Of a stretch of 64,000 nucleotides of DNA, positions 1-13,071 are shown one piece after another (within the stretch, counting starts at the first letter, position 1; every line of letters begins with the position of its first letter). Under the pieces are notes generated by a model that saw nothing but the letters and a program-made list of their open reading frames with translations, made no database searches and was not told the origin of the DNA. This DNA comes from Octopus sinensis (lineage: Eukaryota). The stretch covers positions 186,806,001-186,870,000 of the forward strand of contig NC_042998.1 of the NCBI RefSeq assembly GCF_006345805.1, in the 5' to 3' direction. Position numbers and translations under genes: made by a program.

Positions 1-30
1 CAGACGTTGTTGAGAAGCTATATACATATA

Positions 31-201
31 GGCGCAGGAGTAGCTGTGTGGTAAGTAGCTTGCTTACCAACCACATGGTTCCGGGTTCAGTCCAACTGCG
101 TGGCACCTTGGGCAAGTGTCTTCTACTATAGCCTCGAGCCGACGAAAACCTTGTGAGTGGATTTGGTAGACAGAAACTGAAAGAAGCCCGTCGTATATAT
201 C

Positions 202-236
<35 letters not shown>

Positions 237-452
237 TTGTGTTTCTGTGTTTGTCCCCCAACATCGCTTGACAACCGATGCTGGTGTGTTTACGTCCTCG
301 TAACTTAGCAGTTCGGCAAAAAGAGACCGATAGAATAAGTACTAGGCTTACAAAGAATAAGTCCTGGAGTCGATTTGCTCGACTAAATGCGGTGCACCAG
401 CATGGCCACAGTCACATGACTGAAACAAGTAATAGAATAAAAGAATAAAAGA
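31..452 (+). mobile_element. tRNA-derived SINE family A (internal (TA)n(TG)n tract, ...aaaagag tail)
   Basis: Head ggcgcaggag-tagctgtgtggtaag...gttccgggttcagtcc. The same element recurs at 28645, 43520, 49811, 50644(-), 52407 and 55292. Confidence 0.9.
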
Positions 453-699
453 AAGATCCATTTTCATCTCGTTACGATTCGGCGCCCAAAACGAGCTTCC
501 AGAGGATTTGTCAGCAGTTATTTGCAAATGTTCACACGTTGAGCCTAGTCATTGGTCAGTGCACGATGCACTTCTCAACAGCGTCTGTTTACAAGGCCGA
601 GCTTTATGGAGGTGTCGATTAATGGAGCTTTGTGAAGGACCAAGTTCTGCTAACAATGTACGAGTGTTTGTGCTTGGTTGTTGTTCAGCCATTTCAAGC

Positions 700-1082
700 G
701 TGGAGGCGCAATGGCCCAGTGGTTAGGGCAGCGGACTCGCGGTCGGAGGATCGTGGTTTCGATTCCCAGACCGGGTGTTGTGTGTGTTTATTGAGCGAAA
801 ACACCTAAAGCTCCACGAGGTTCCGACAGGGGGAGGGCGACCCCTGTTGTACTCTTTCGCCCCCAACTTTCTCTCACTCTTTCTTCCTGTTTCTTGTCCC
901 CGACTTCCTACGCAACCGCTGAGCCTGGATGCGCATTCATCCATCCGTCGATGCTCTCGGTGTCTGGGGTTGACCTGCTTTCTCTTCTGCGGGTCTTACA
1001 AATAGCAAAAGACCACGTTTCGGACTTCTCCCATCTTGCGGGCTCTGGGACGAAGACCGTTCGCTCAACAGCAACAGCAGCC
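700..1082 (+). mobile_element. tRNA-derived SINE family C, tail variant 1
   Basis: Head gtggaggcgcaatggcccagtggttagggcagcggactcg...gtttcgattcc with A/B-box-like motifs. The head is shared with 34667, 58004, 58616 and 63306. Confidence 0.8.
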
Positions 1083-1084
1083 AT

Positions 1085-1300
1085 TTAAATCATGGCCTCA
1101 TCTTCCATAGAAGAAGATCTCCTTAACCTTAGTTTTTCATCGACGTTGATGCCACCATCCTTGAAACGTCTGATGTAGTTCTGTGCCACACATTCCTTGA
1201 CAGTTCCCGGATCTCCTGCATCATTAATTTCTTTTGCCGCTGCCCTTGCACTTGGTCCTTTTTTCCACAGGCAGCGTAAAATAGCACTAATTGCAATTTA
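1085..1300 (-). pseudogene. Mariner transposase N-terminal HTH fragment
   Basis: Manual translation ILRCLWKKGPSARAAAKEINDAGDPGTVKECVAQNYIRRFKDGGINVDEKLRLRRSSSMEDEAM* follows the mariner N-terminal pattern (G.sA.eAa.eIn..G.gtv.....WF.rFk.G...eD.pRsGRP). Confidence 0.8.
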
Positions 1301-1405
1301 TTCACCATTTATTTTTAAAACTGTAAAATAAAGAACAAACAATGTTTATGTGTTATATATGAAAATAAAGAATAACCAATTCAGTAACGACTGAACAAGT
1401 CGTCT

Positions 1406-1640
1406 AAGGCGGCGAGCTGGCAGAATCGTTAGCACGCCAGGCGAAATGCGTAGCCGTATTTCGTCTGCCGTTACGTTCCGAGTTCAAATTTCTGCCGAGG
1501 TCGACTTTGTCTTTCATCCTTTCGGGGTCGATAAATTAAGTACCAGTTACGCACTGGGGTCGATGTAATCGACTTAATCCGTTTGTCTGTCCTTGTTAGT
1601 CCCCTCTATGTTTAGCCCCTTGTGGGTAATAAAGAAACAG
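1406..1640 (+). mobile_element. tRNA-derived SINE family B (CORE-like central domain), full length
   Basis: aaggcggcgagctggcagaatcgttagc...gagttcaaat...cctttcggggtcgataaattaagtacc...gggtaataaagaaa. More than 25 copies or fragments occur in the window. Confidence 0.9.
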
Positions 1641-1879
1641 ATTGAAAAAGTCGTATCAAATTAATGATATAACATGTAAATACAAGTTACCAAAAATCAT
1701 CAGTAAAAATCCGAAAACTTTTTAAACTCAATTTGGTATGTTGATGATATGGGAGTGGCAGAAGACGTGGCATACAAATTAACATTCCTGTGATATTTAG
1801 TTATGTTCTTAAGTTGAACTCTCTAGGTTCGAATTCTACCAAAGTCTACTTTCATTGATTAAAGTATGGACTAATGATC

Positions 1880-2458
1880 CTCTCTACTATCAGCGCAAGG
1901 CATGTAATTTAGGGGAGGGGGGCTGGTCGATTTTATCGATCCCAGTGTTTTGGTATTTATCTAATAAACATGAAACGATGAAAGGCAAAACCAGCCACGT
2001 CAGAATTTGAACTCAGAACGTAACGGCAGACGAAATACCTTTTTCTTTACAACCCACAAGGGGCCAAACACAGAGAGGACAAACAAGGACAGACAAACGG
2101 ATTAAGTCGATTATATCGACCCCAGTGCGTAACTGGTACTTAATTTATCGACCTCGAAAGGATGAAAGGCAAAGTTGACCTCGGCGGAATTTGAACTCAG
2201 AACGTAGCGGCAGACGAAATACCTATTTTTTTATTACCCACAAGGGGCTAAACACAGAGAGGACAAAGAAGGACAGACAAACGGATTAAGTCGATTACAT
2301 TGACCCCAGTGCGTAACTGGTACTTATTTAATCGACCCCGAAAGGATGAAAGACAAAGTCGACCTCGGCGGAATTTGAACTCAGAGCGTAACGGCAGATG
2401 AAATACTGCTAAGCATTTCGTCCGGCGTGCTAACGTTTCTGCTAGCTCGCTGCCTTAA
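1880..2458 (-). mobile_element. SINE-B concatemer (head + 3 bodies)
   Basis: Two junctions in which tail ...aaagaaat joins ggtatttcgtctgcc. The last unit is degenerate and has a different tail. Confidence 0.85.
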
Positions 2459-3019
2459 AATAAGAACTAACGCTATGTCATCAGAAGTTCATTTAATCTT
2501 CGATTTTCTATCTTCTATATATGTATAGCATTGTATCTATCTCAGAAACCGATATTTTACGAGACAATTCTTTTGTATATTATTTCTGTAACCTTACATT
2601 TCCGAGTTCATAGCCTGTCAGAATAAACTTTGTTTTACATATTTCCTGAGTCTATAAAATGCTTACACTCCTTTGTTAGGGAACGGAGGAATCTGATAAC
2701 TTTGAAACAGATAACGTTTTTTTTTAACACTGCAAGTCGACGGCTGCAGGAAAAAAAAACCTTGGAAGAGAGGGAGTTCCAGAAAAATAACGTTCATGAA
2801 GATAGTCTGGGAAAAATGGTTAGTGAAAGGAAATTAGTGCGTCTGCAAGTTACTACAGTTAAAATTCCCACAAAAATGCTTTCACTAGGTTAACACCAAA
2901 CAATACTGCATTAAATGTTTTTTTTTCTTCTTTATTCGAACTCACCTCAAACAAAGCCCATAGGCTACTTCATGGCAAAGGGTTAAGAACATAGAAAAGT
3001 TTCAGAATTGTAACATTCT

Positions 3020-3790
3020 GTCGATGACAGGGTTAATATAGTGACCAACAGAGCTTAACACCAAGCTTAACACTTTCGATTCTGCACTCTATCAAGAGTA
3101 CACAGAAATGTTTAGAGGAGCCTGTTCAAGTATATAAGCAGTGCTCCAGTTTTGGGTGGATCAGGCTCTTGTAGAGATAGCATAGAAATTCAGGTGTTAG
3201 AAATAGTTTTGTCGGACGAGTCCATCATTCTAGCAGCCACTCTGGTGACAGACGTAATGTAAGAGATTCCAATAATGTGGAAATTTCAGGCTAGACAAAA
3301 AGACTCCTTTAAAGTAGTCCTAACCATCAAAATAGGCGGAAGGTCAAGAATTTCACAAAGATGATAAAGAGAAACACGGTTGATCTTGGACGCATTAAAT
3401 GTAAGAAGCCATTTGTTACCTCATTGACCAATCCCAGTTAGATCGTGATCTGATTATGGAGGGAAAAAACTCTTCCAGGTATACCATAGCTGGTCGGTTT
3501 ATGTCGTTTGGAGATGTCTGAGTCTATAATACGGGCATCAAAGTTGTCATCCAGTGTAGTGTTCTGCGAGTGATGAGTGTATTAGCAATGGACCTGGAAG
3601 ACTGAAAACCAAACCACATGTCTCTCAAGAGATTGAACTTATTCCAGTGATTAATAACGTTCTTTTTTAAAGATAAATTCAAACAGCTTGCTTTTTATGC
3701 CCTGTAGGCTAATTGGCCGATATTGAGGTGGGAAGGAAAAATAACTGAGCTCGTTAAAACTGGGGAAATCACAAAGTCTTGGGACAACGA
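3020..3790 (-). pseudogene. Degenerate non-LTR retrotransposon RT/C-terminal region (CR1/L2/Crack-like group)
   Basis: Minus-strand motifs YRPISL..SKLFE, NLLRDMWFGFQSSRS, WLLTFNASK and YLYKSLIHPKLEHC. Many stops and frameshifts. Confidence 0.75.
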
Positions 3791-3939
3791 TTGAATAACT
3801 TTCTACAATTGGGAATATCTCAAGGGATGTACATGTGAAATTTGGGGCGACTGCTGGTGCTGTTGTTGTTGTTGTTGCTGTTGTTGTTAAGCAACAAGAC
3901 GGGTAAGGGTGATTAGGTGATGGTCTAGGGCTTAGGGGC

Positions 3940-4100
3940 AGGAGACCCCAGACCTTGCGAAAAGAAAACTTTGGTCGTCGTCTTGTTGTAGTCGAGGGCT
4001 CTTCGTTGACGCCCGACACCACTGGGAGGTGGCCCTCGAAGTCGCTGGAAATGAAGATCTCCAGGTCCAAATTCTTGAACGGCTGCTGGTGCTGGCGCCT
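3940..4100 (-). pseudogene. Possible end of a LINE APE-endonuclease domain
   Basis: LDLEIFISSDFEGHLPVVS...RRRPKFSFRKVW weakly resembles the LD....SDH.P and following R..f.f.k..W motifs. It lies upstream of the RT fragment. Confidence 0.3.
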
Positions 4101-5524
4101 ATGGTTACTGTCAGAGTAAGAGGCGGAGAGAAAGAGAGTTTGCTAAAAAATACAAGGGAGGGGAAAATTTCAAGGGATATATTCATCCATAAAATGTTTG
4201 GAGTTTGGTTTGAGCTGGTTGCATTTGACAGAAGAAGATTATTTATACGTTTCAAAATTTCCACATTCAGAAATGAGAAAAAATACGAAATTGGAAAGGT
4301 CGGCAAAAGGTTAGAGTCATCCTACAAGGAATTTGAAACAAAGTTCTTATCAAATGGCTTGACTTTCACTTTCTGTGAGGAGGAAGATTATGTATAAGAT
4401 TATTTAAAATCTATTGATGATTGTAGAAACAGGAAACTTTCCACGGTTAAAAATTCAATCGGTTGTTCTCCAGAATTCACATGAGCCAAGCCTCTGTTGA
4501 TTAATCCTTGTTTAGACAGATTCAACATAGCCAGTGACATGATTTTTTATTACCCACAAAGGGCGAACAAAGAGGGGATAATACAACCTGATTTGGGGTC
4601 AGATTCGCGAATGATGGTCTACACAAAGTGAGATTTAAAATTTACACAAAATGACAAAATATAATAAATCGAAGAAATCGGATAATGGGACAGACCTGAA
4701 GACATTACGGATGGAGTGGGGGCGGGTTTAGCTCGGACCCCACGAGCCCCGCCTCGCCACTGATACCTGGGTTTCGTCCTGCGTCCTTACTCTTTAGATA
4801 GGCAAAGACAAAACTACTTTTTGAGCGTTGACGTACTTCACACTACTCATATGCCGAATTAGATTTAGCACACATTTATTATGACAGCGGAAGATATTGC
4901 TGAAAGCAACACAGTTCATAAAAATAATCTTGAAACAAATTAAGCAACACAATTTAATTAAGTATCGTCATGACTCCTTTGTTCGCTTATTCTAGCATTA
5001 TTTGAAATACAATTTGCCAAATCAATTATACGCAGGTCGCATTGGCAGTACCTTTCATTGCTCTTACGCTGTGTCTATGTTAAAAAACAACAACAACAAC
5101 ATAACACTCAACTGACTAATTGATCTTGTAAATAGTTACATGGTGTGTATACCTTCGTGTTCGAACTCGTTAGTACTCCGTAAATCACATGACTATGTCG
5201 TTAGCCTGAAATGGTGAGTTCAATCCCCCTATCTACCACAAGGCTCAAAACATCTCGCCCTCTTCAATGTTCTCCCCGTATTTCCGCTTTCCGGGTTTTC
5301 AACTTGCTTCCATTAGTTGTTCGTATTTTATGATTTAACGAATCTCAACTGCTTTAATATCATTAAAAACTCTAATTATAGTTGTAAGTGAAGGAAAATT
5401 AGAATATTCTTCCGGTGAGCCAAATACAACAACCTGATCTTGATTCTCGATCATAGCCATTTCATGTACCCTACTTGAGAAAAATACGAACGTCTCACAG
5501 TTTAATTTTTACTTCATTACACAC

Positions 5525-5831
5525 GTCAAGTCTTATACCCCCATATGAAGTCAAGTCTTATACCCCCATATGAAATCAAGTCTTATACCCCCATATGAAA
5601 TCAAGTCTTATACCCCCATATGAAGGTCAAGTCTTATACACCCATATGAAGGTCAAGTCTTATACCCCCATATGAAGTCAAGTCTTATACCCCCATATGA
5701 AGTCAAGTCTTATACCCCCATATGAAGTCAAGTCTTATACCCCCATATGAAGTCAAGTCTTATACCCCCATATGAAGTCAAGTCTTATACCCCCATATGA
5801 AGTCAAGTCTTATACCCCCATATGAAATCAA
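5525..5831 (+). repeat. 25-bp minisatellite, ~12 copies
   Basis: Unit gtcaagtcttatacccccatatgaa, nearly perfect. Confidence 0.95.
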
Positions 5832-5872
5832 GAAATGCAGTGGTTTACGGAAAACTTTAATCCAGTCCAAAT

Positions 5873-6233
5873 TAGTGGTTCTCAACCGGTGTCCATATGG
5901 CCCTTGAGGATCCATTTAAACTTTTGGGGGTTCCACGTAATAAAATAGCAAATTGGGGACACACAATAGTATTTTAAGCGTCCCTGAAAAAATTTTGCTT
6001 TAGATGTATTTGTATGTATTGCAAGAAACAGCTAGATTTCTTTCTCTTACATATTACATAATTCTACATTCACAAGTTAATATGTGAAAAACTAAATAGT
6101 AATTCTGAAAGAAGTTACTATAAAACTAGTTTTCAAGCATCAAATAGCTGGTGGCGGGAAGGGGGTCCACAAGTATAAAACGGTAATCTAAGGAGTCCAT
6201 GATAAAAAAAAAAAAAATGACGGAGAACTTCTG
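5873..6233. mobile_element. Non-autonomous hAT (Charlie/MER5-like) MITE
   Basis: Left TIR tagtggttctcaacc, degenerate right TIR acggagaacttctg, and flanks gtccaaat/atctaaag resembling an 8-bp hAT target. Confidence 0.55.
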
Positions 6234-6551
6234 ATCTAAAGGATTATGTGGGTATTTGTTTTCTGCTGCAGAGTAACCAACACCTCCTTGTAATCAACCA
6301 ATACATCTCGTAAGATTTGGAAGCAATCTTTTCTTTGATGAACAAGAAACGGGCGTGTTTTCTTTAAAATATACATTTCGGTTACAACGGAGGAGGAATA
6401 TAATATCGCTCAAGTTTATTTTTCAATATTTTAAGTTCTATATCTTTCCTTTATGCGAAGATACCCTGGCCTCTCAAAAAGAGATTATAAACACAGTTTC
6501 TGTCAGTCGTTTTAAATCTTGTGTGCCTAAAGCAGAAGCCTGCAATTCTGA

Positions 6552-6589
<38 letters not shown>

Positions 6590-6954
6590 TACACACACGC
6601 CTACACGTTCTTTCTCTCTCATCTGTTTTGAATAACTTTGCAGGCGACTTCAGTGTTGTTTGTTGCTGTTTGTTGTTTTTTGTTTCTTTTCCTTCTGTGT
6701 GACTCATTGAGAAATTTATTTACTCCTTGTGGTAGTAGTTAGCCGTGGCGAATGTAGTCGTTGTCTGCTTCCTTGTGGTGGTATTTTACTGTTGAAAATT
6801 ATATTAAATGTCCGGGGCCGCTGCTTTCTCTCGTTCGTTTTCTTTCACACACACACTGTATTACTACGTTGACTTTTTACTTCCGCTCGCCGTGTTCCGA
6901 TATGCTTCCTTCTTCCACCCCTTACTTTTGCTCGTAACACTTGCTTTCTAGTTG

Positions 6955-6955
<1 letters not shown>

Positions 6956-6992
<37 letters not shown>

Positions 6993-7129
6993 ATAATATT
7001 ATAAATATATATATATATTATATAATATATATAATATATAATATATATTATATATATTTATATATATATATTATATAATATATAATATATAATATATATA
7101 TTATATATATATATTATATATATATTATA

Positions 7130-7177
<48 letters not shown>

Positions 7178-7392
7178 ATATATGATATATATATTACATA
7201 TATATTTATATATATTATATGATATATAATATAATATATTATATATATATATATTATATAATATATATATATTATATATATAACATATAATAATTATGTA
7301 ATATATAGTATATATTATATTATATATATATATATATATATTATTATAAATATATATATATTATATTATATATATATTATTAGTTTATATGT
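6956..7392. repeat. Imperfect (TA)n microsatellite
   Basis: Direct reading of the sequence. Confidence 0.95.
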
Positions 7393-7899
7393 ATGTGTGC
7401 GTGCACGTGCCTGTGTCTGTGTGCGTACATGTGTGTGTATGCACACATACACACACGCACATATATCATACAGAGAGAAAGAATGGGAGATAAAGAGATA
7501 CATACACACACACACACACTCACGCCTCACGCTGGCATAGTACGTTCCCTAAATTACAAGGCCAACGGAATTTCTTTATTATTTTTTATATATTGAATGA
7601 AACTTTCGAATAATCCCACAATTTCTTATTTGCACATTTATATAGTCACAGTTTGAAAAAAAAAGGTTTGAAAGTAATTTTAGCTTCTGAGTATATAAAC
7701 ACAAACGTCTATTTCAACAAGTATTTGGTCCGAAAGAGTTGGGAAGAGAAAACTAGACTTTTAATTGCTGGTTTTCACGCGTGAATGTAAGAAAGGGAAC
7801 GACTAAAATGTGCTGACAGACTAGGGAGAGTAGGGGTGGGAGTTGAAAGTGTAAAAGAAGGCGTGTGGAGAAGACAAAGGTGGGTGGGGGTGGGGGAAA

Positions 7900-8500
7900 T
7901 AATAGTTGTAATGATGATGATGATGGTGGCGGAGGCGAAGGGTGGGGGAAAGAAAAGGAGGGGGGAAAAATTAAAAAATGGGAAGCAGGTGGAGAAGGAG
8001 AAGGAGGAGGAGGAGGAGAAGGAGAAGAAGAAGAAGAAGAAGAAGAAGAAGAAGGAGAAGAAGAAGCTGGTGGAGAAGAAGAAGAAGAAGAAGAAGAAGA
8101 AGGTGGTGGAGAAGAAGAAGAAGAAGAAGGAGGAGGAGGAATAGGAAGAGGTGGAGGTGGAGGAGGAGGAGGAGGAGGAGGAAGAGAAGAAGAAGGTGGA
8201 GGAGAAGGAGGAAGAAGAAGAAGAAGCTGGTGGAGAAGAAGAAGAAGAAGGAGGAGGAGGAATAGGAAGAGGTGGAGGTGGAGGAGGAGGAGGAGGAGGA
8301 GGAAGAGAAGAAGAAGAAGGTGGAGGAGAAGGAGGAAGAAGAAGAAGAAGAAGCTGGTGGAGAAGAAGAAGAAGAGAAGAGGAAGGAGGAGGAGGAGCTG
8401 GTGGAGAAGAAGAAGAAGAAGAAGAAGAAGAAGACATCTACATCGACGACGACGACCACCACCACCACCACTACCACCACGACCACCACTACGACTATGA
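7900..8500 (+). repeat. Compound (GAT)/(GAA)/(GGA)/(CAC) trinucleotide low-complexity array
   Basis: Direct reading, with internally duplicated blocks. It explains all ORFs from 7753 to 8687. Confidence 0.95.
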
Positions 8501-9150
8501 CATAAGCAAAAGTAGGGCGGGAAGAGAAGAACAGAAAAAAAGAAAAAAAGCAAGAACAGGTGACAGTTACCGCTCAGGACTTGTGGTGACGTCAACGGGT
8601 TATAACAATCGAGTCGCGTCTGACTCATTTTTTTTCTCTGATGACAAACGGCGGGAAATGTTTTCGCCTTATGTCCATTGCTGCTAGGGTTCTTTGTACC
8701 ATTCCCTTACCTCAACTCCCTCCCACCCCCACCATAATTACAACCAACAACAGCGCCACCTTCGTCACCAAAACAACAGCCGCATATCTATCACTTAACT
8801 TTTTTATCTTTTACTTGTTTCACTCATTGGACTGCGGCCATGCTGGGGCACCGCCTTGAAAGGGTTCGGTCGAACAAATCGACTCCAGCACTTATTTTGA
8901 AGTCTGGTGGTTGAATGCATCGCTACGCGCGATTCCACAAATCACGTAACTCTTAAGATCACAGTCCGAATTACTAGTCAACATCCTTAGACTATGGCCA
9001 GCATAATGGAATTGGACCTTTATCTGCATATTCAAAACGTTTCCCATAAACAAATTTAACATATATATATATAAATCTAACACACGCACACACACGCACA
9101 CATACACACACGCACACAAACACACACACACACGCACGCACGCACACATA

Positions 9151-9285
9151 TATAAGAATTTTTTGCGTAATAAGATTAAAAAAACCAAGGCTGTGTAGAT
9201 ATTAGAGCATTTACAGATATCTATAAACGCTCTATTATCTACACAGCCTTGGCTTTTTTATCGTATTACGCAAAAAATTCTTATA
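9151..9285. repeat. 135-bp near-perfect palindrome (hairpin element)
   Basis: Arms tataagaatttttt-gcgtaata...ccaaggctgtgtagat / atctacacagccttgg...tattacgcaaaaaattcttata, centred on agatatct. Half copy at 37948-38010. Confidence 0.9.
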
Positions 9286-9404
9286 TTCACACGCTGAACT
9301 CTTTATTCGCAATATTACCGAATCTGGAAGTTAACTATGGTCTGTCTATAGCATTTATTCAGCATTATCTGACACCTTTGGGTCTCAATGACACCATTAT
9401 CTCT

Positions 9405-9442
<38 letters not shown>

Positions 9443-9494
9443 ACACACACATATATATATATATATATAATATATATATATATAAATATAGTTA

Positions 9495-9546
<52 letters not shown>

Positions 9547-9592
9547 AGTTATAGCAACGTAATTTGATCTGAGATCGTGTGCTGAAACGAAA

Positions 9593-10090
<498 letters not shown>

Positions 10091-10670
10091 CATTTATATT
10101 ATTATTTGATGCGACTCTACTTATACTGTTTTCTCCCCATCCTCTCCAATTCCCCTTTTCTCCCTTTCCCCGTTTTCTGTCTGTCTCTCTCTCCCCCTTT
10201 CTCTTTTTCTCTATCTATTTGCTCACACGTGACCATCGTCCAGCTTTCTTTCCCTCACGTGACCATCTTTCTTTCTTGCACGGACGTTCTAAGGACTGGA
10301 TGTCTCCTATCTCTCCTATTTTCTCTCTTTTCTAAGAAAATATTTTTCTCGGCGTTCATTTTTTCCCCTCGTTCAGGGGTAACGACCCTCCACGTTTGTT
10401 TTTGTTCGGTTTCCCTCTATGTCTCCACAGTCCTGTTTTTGTTCCTAAATTTTGACCCTCTATAAATCCAAAATTTTATTTTGGTATTTATGGGAGCAAT
10501 TGTCTTCGAAGACTCATATTGTCGTTGATAGCTCAAAATGAGGAGTAGATAGACAGCCGACAACTGATGAAGGGTCACTCTTCGTATCACTTGCCCTTTT
10601 TTCTTTCGTTATTTGCGTACTTAACTCATTTGTTTCGTATTCATGTGTTTACCGTTGGTGTACCTATATA

Positions 10671-10724
<54 letters not shown>

Positions 10725-10863
10725 ATATATATAGAATATATATATATATATATATATGCATATATATATATATATATATATATTATTATATTATTATTAT
10801 TATTATTATTATATTATTATTATTATTATTTAATTGAACGCCATACATCCATTTCCAAGTAAG

Positions 10864-10917
<54 letters not shown>

Positions 10918-10937
10918 CTCTATCTCTCTATCTCTCT

Positions 10938-11000
<63 letters not shown>

Positions 11001-11144
11001 AAGCAAAAATGCTAGTTCTAAAATCTCTCTAAGATATCAATGCAGCAGTTATACTGATAATATTCGTAGCCTCTTCAATATGGCTGTCCATTCGAACGGA
11101 CTCTATTGCGATTTTTTTTTAACCCCAAGAAGACATTTCCTCTA

Positions 11145-11425
11145 GCTGGTTAACGATGGTCTCGACTCTTCCCAACGAAGACGACGGAGGAGCGTTCAGC
11201 TTTTGCCGAACGACCTGCACACATTAGCTCACTCTCTCCATCAAGTCGACATTGTCTGAACAGGTGCACCGTGTGCCACGCGTCGTCAGGTGTCGAAATG
11301 ATCGCAGAGCAACGTGAGATGAAGGGGTTTGCTCTAGAACATAACGCACCACCCGGTCTAGGAATTGAAACCACGATCTCGCGATCGTGACTCCAACACC
11401 CTAACCACAAGGTCATGCGCCCTCA
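11145..11425 (-). mobile_element. tRNA-derived SINE with a distinct body (family D)
   Basis: Minus-strand head gagggcgcatgaccttgtggttagggtg...gtttcaattcc followed by a body not seen in families A-C. Confidence 0.7.
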
Positions 11426-11770
11426 CACACACACACACACAGACACACCACACACACACACACACATGACGAGTTTCTTTCAGTTTCCGGGATACCAATA
11501 TTCGTGTATAATAGAATCGCTCACACATTTTTGATTACCTTATTCGCCCTTAAAGAAATGGTAATTCTTCCTAACACCATATTCGTTTACCCTTTTGGGC
11601 CCAATCTGTTTGAGATCGGTCCTGGTTCTCTGGTATAAACTTTCCCGTTTTAAAGTAATCTAAATTGAAACTCTCCTTCAAAATTTCATGCTCTCTTTTT
11701 ATCCGATCGAAAGTTAAACAATTTCGGGAGTTACAAAATACACACATAATATCTCTATTTCTTTCTTTCT

Positions 11771-11831
<61 letters not shown>

Positions 11832-12094
11832 TGCATTTCCCACCCCCACTCTCCCGCTCTTCCCTTTTCCCCCCCTCTCTCTCTCACACACACACTCTCA
11901 CGTTCTCTCTCTCTCTCTACTTGGCTCTCTGCCTATCTTTTTATCAGTCAGTTTACCTGTCTGTCTGTCTGTCTGTCTGTTTGTGTCTATGTATTTATCT
12001 ATCTCTGAATGTGTGAGCGTATGTATGTATGTATGTATGTATGTATGAATGTATGTGTGTGTGTATAATTTATATATATATATTGTATATATAA

Positions 12095-12126
<32 letters not shown>

Positions 12127-12690
12127 TATATTTATGTATGTGCGTGTGTGTGTGTGTGTGTGTAGTGTAGGGTTGTTGTAATTTCCTCTCTGCCTGTTAA
12201 CACCACACATATACACACTCAGACAAATATTTTCTTCCTGTCTGAATAATTTCATCAAAATGACAAACATATTTCTCAATCTTCAACTGTGGTTTGGCCG
12301 GGAAGTTTAAGGAGTGGTGTTATTAACGTTGCTCTTTTTATGAACGATGTTCTTACGGTCACAATAAGCGTATGCAATTAAAAAGATAAAAATAAAAGAT
12401 GTATAAGTAAGTCCCTACGAGAATGGTCTATACTCACGCCATGCTTCACAGCAACCACGCTATTTTAGTGCAGCTGCATAAACTCTTGCTGCCCTTAACA
12501 TCGTTAGCAGAGGTGTTTAAAGCAGTAAAAGACCGCATCCACACAATATGGTGAGATTCGGTGGACCGCAACACTTCTGCGGTGCAGCCAGTAGGTTTGG
12601 CAGCAACGAAATGGAATGCGAATAAAGTTGTTGAGGTTACTAACGAGAGAGTTGATTAATGCAGTGCCAGACACACAGGTTGGTCTGAAG

Positions 12691-13071
12691 TAGTTGCATA
12701 GCTAAGGTGTGTGCCGCCTGGGATGGCCTTTGATTTTGCCCCTTCCCCGCCCCCACAAGCCTACACAAGTTTATACAAAATAAACAAATGCGCCCTTTTA
12801 AAGCCCAGCCAGGCTCACGGGCCCGGTTTCCCAGTTTCTATGGCATATGTGTTCCCCAGCTGGACGGGACGCCAGTCCATCGCAGCGTTACTCATTTTTG
12901 CCTGCTGAGTGGACTGGAGCAACGTGAAAATGAAGTGTTTTACTCAAGAACACAACGCGTCGCCCGGTCCAGGAATCGAAACCACAATCTTACGATCATG
13001 GTACAGACACCCTTCCCCTATAATAGTGTCGTCCAGGGCAGACTGCACCCCCTTCCCCAGCTATGCCATTT
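12691..13071. mobile_element. Degenerate hAT-like MITE (CAGTGGCRTAGCTAG-type TIRs) interrupted by a SINE
   Basis: Ends tagttgcatagcta / cagctatgccatt resemble the TIRs at 15131-15273. Confidence 0.45.
12775..12998 (-). mobile_element. 5'-truncated SINE with V-domain-like core
   Basis: B-box gtttcgattcc, then gcgatggactggcgtcccgtccag, which resembles the V-SINE conserved domain. The core and tail are shared with 58004 and 58616. Confidence 0.7.

Noticed and set aside
700-775. tRNA gene calls at SINE heads (also 32860, 34667, 58004, 63306)
   Set aside because: There is no complete cloverleaf or acceptor-stem closure, and each continues into a SINE body.
965-1000. HDV-like ribozyme in SINE-C tail 1
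   Set aside because: Only a simple hairpin (GACCTGC/GCGGGTC) is evident. The nested double pseudoknot could not be built.
4029-4397. 122-aa plus-strand ORF
   Set aside because: No recognisable motif. It overlaps decayed retroelement-like sequence on the other strand.
5525-5831. Possible CRISPR array
   Set aside because: The repeats are contiguous with no spacers, and the context is eukaryotic.
7753-8687. Long ORFs up to 291 aa on both strands
   Set aside because: They are pure translations of GAA/GGA/GAT trinucleotide repeats with no domain content.
10500-10590. ctgatgaaggg and cgaagactc motifs as hammerheads
   Set aside because: There is no properly placed GAAA or NUH/stem I.
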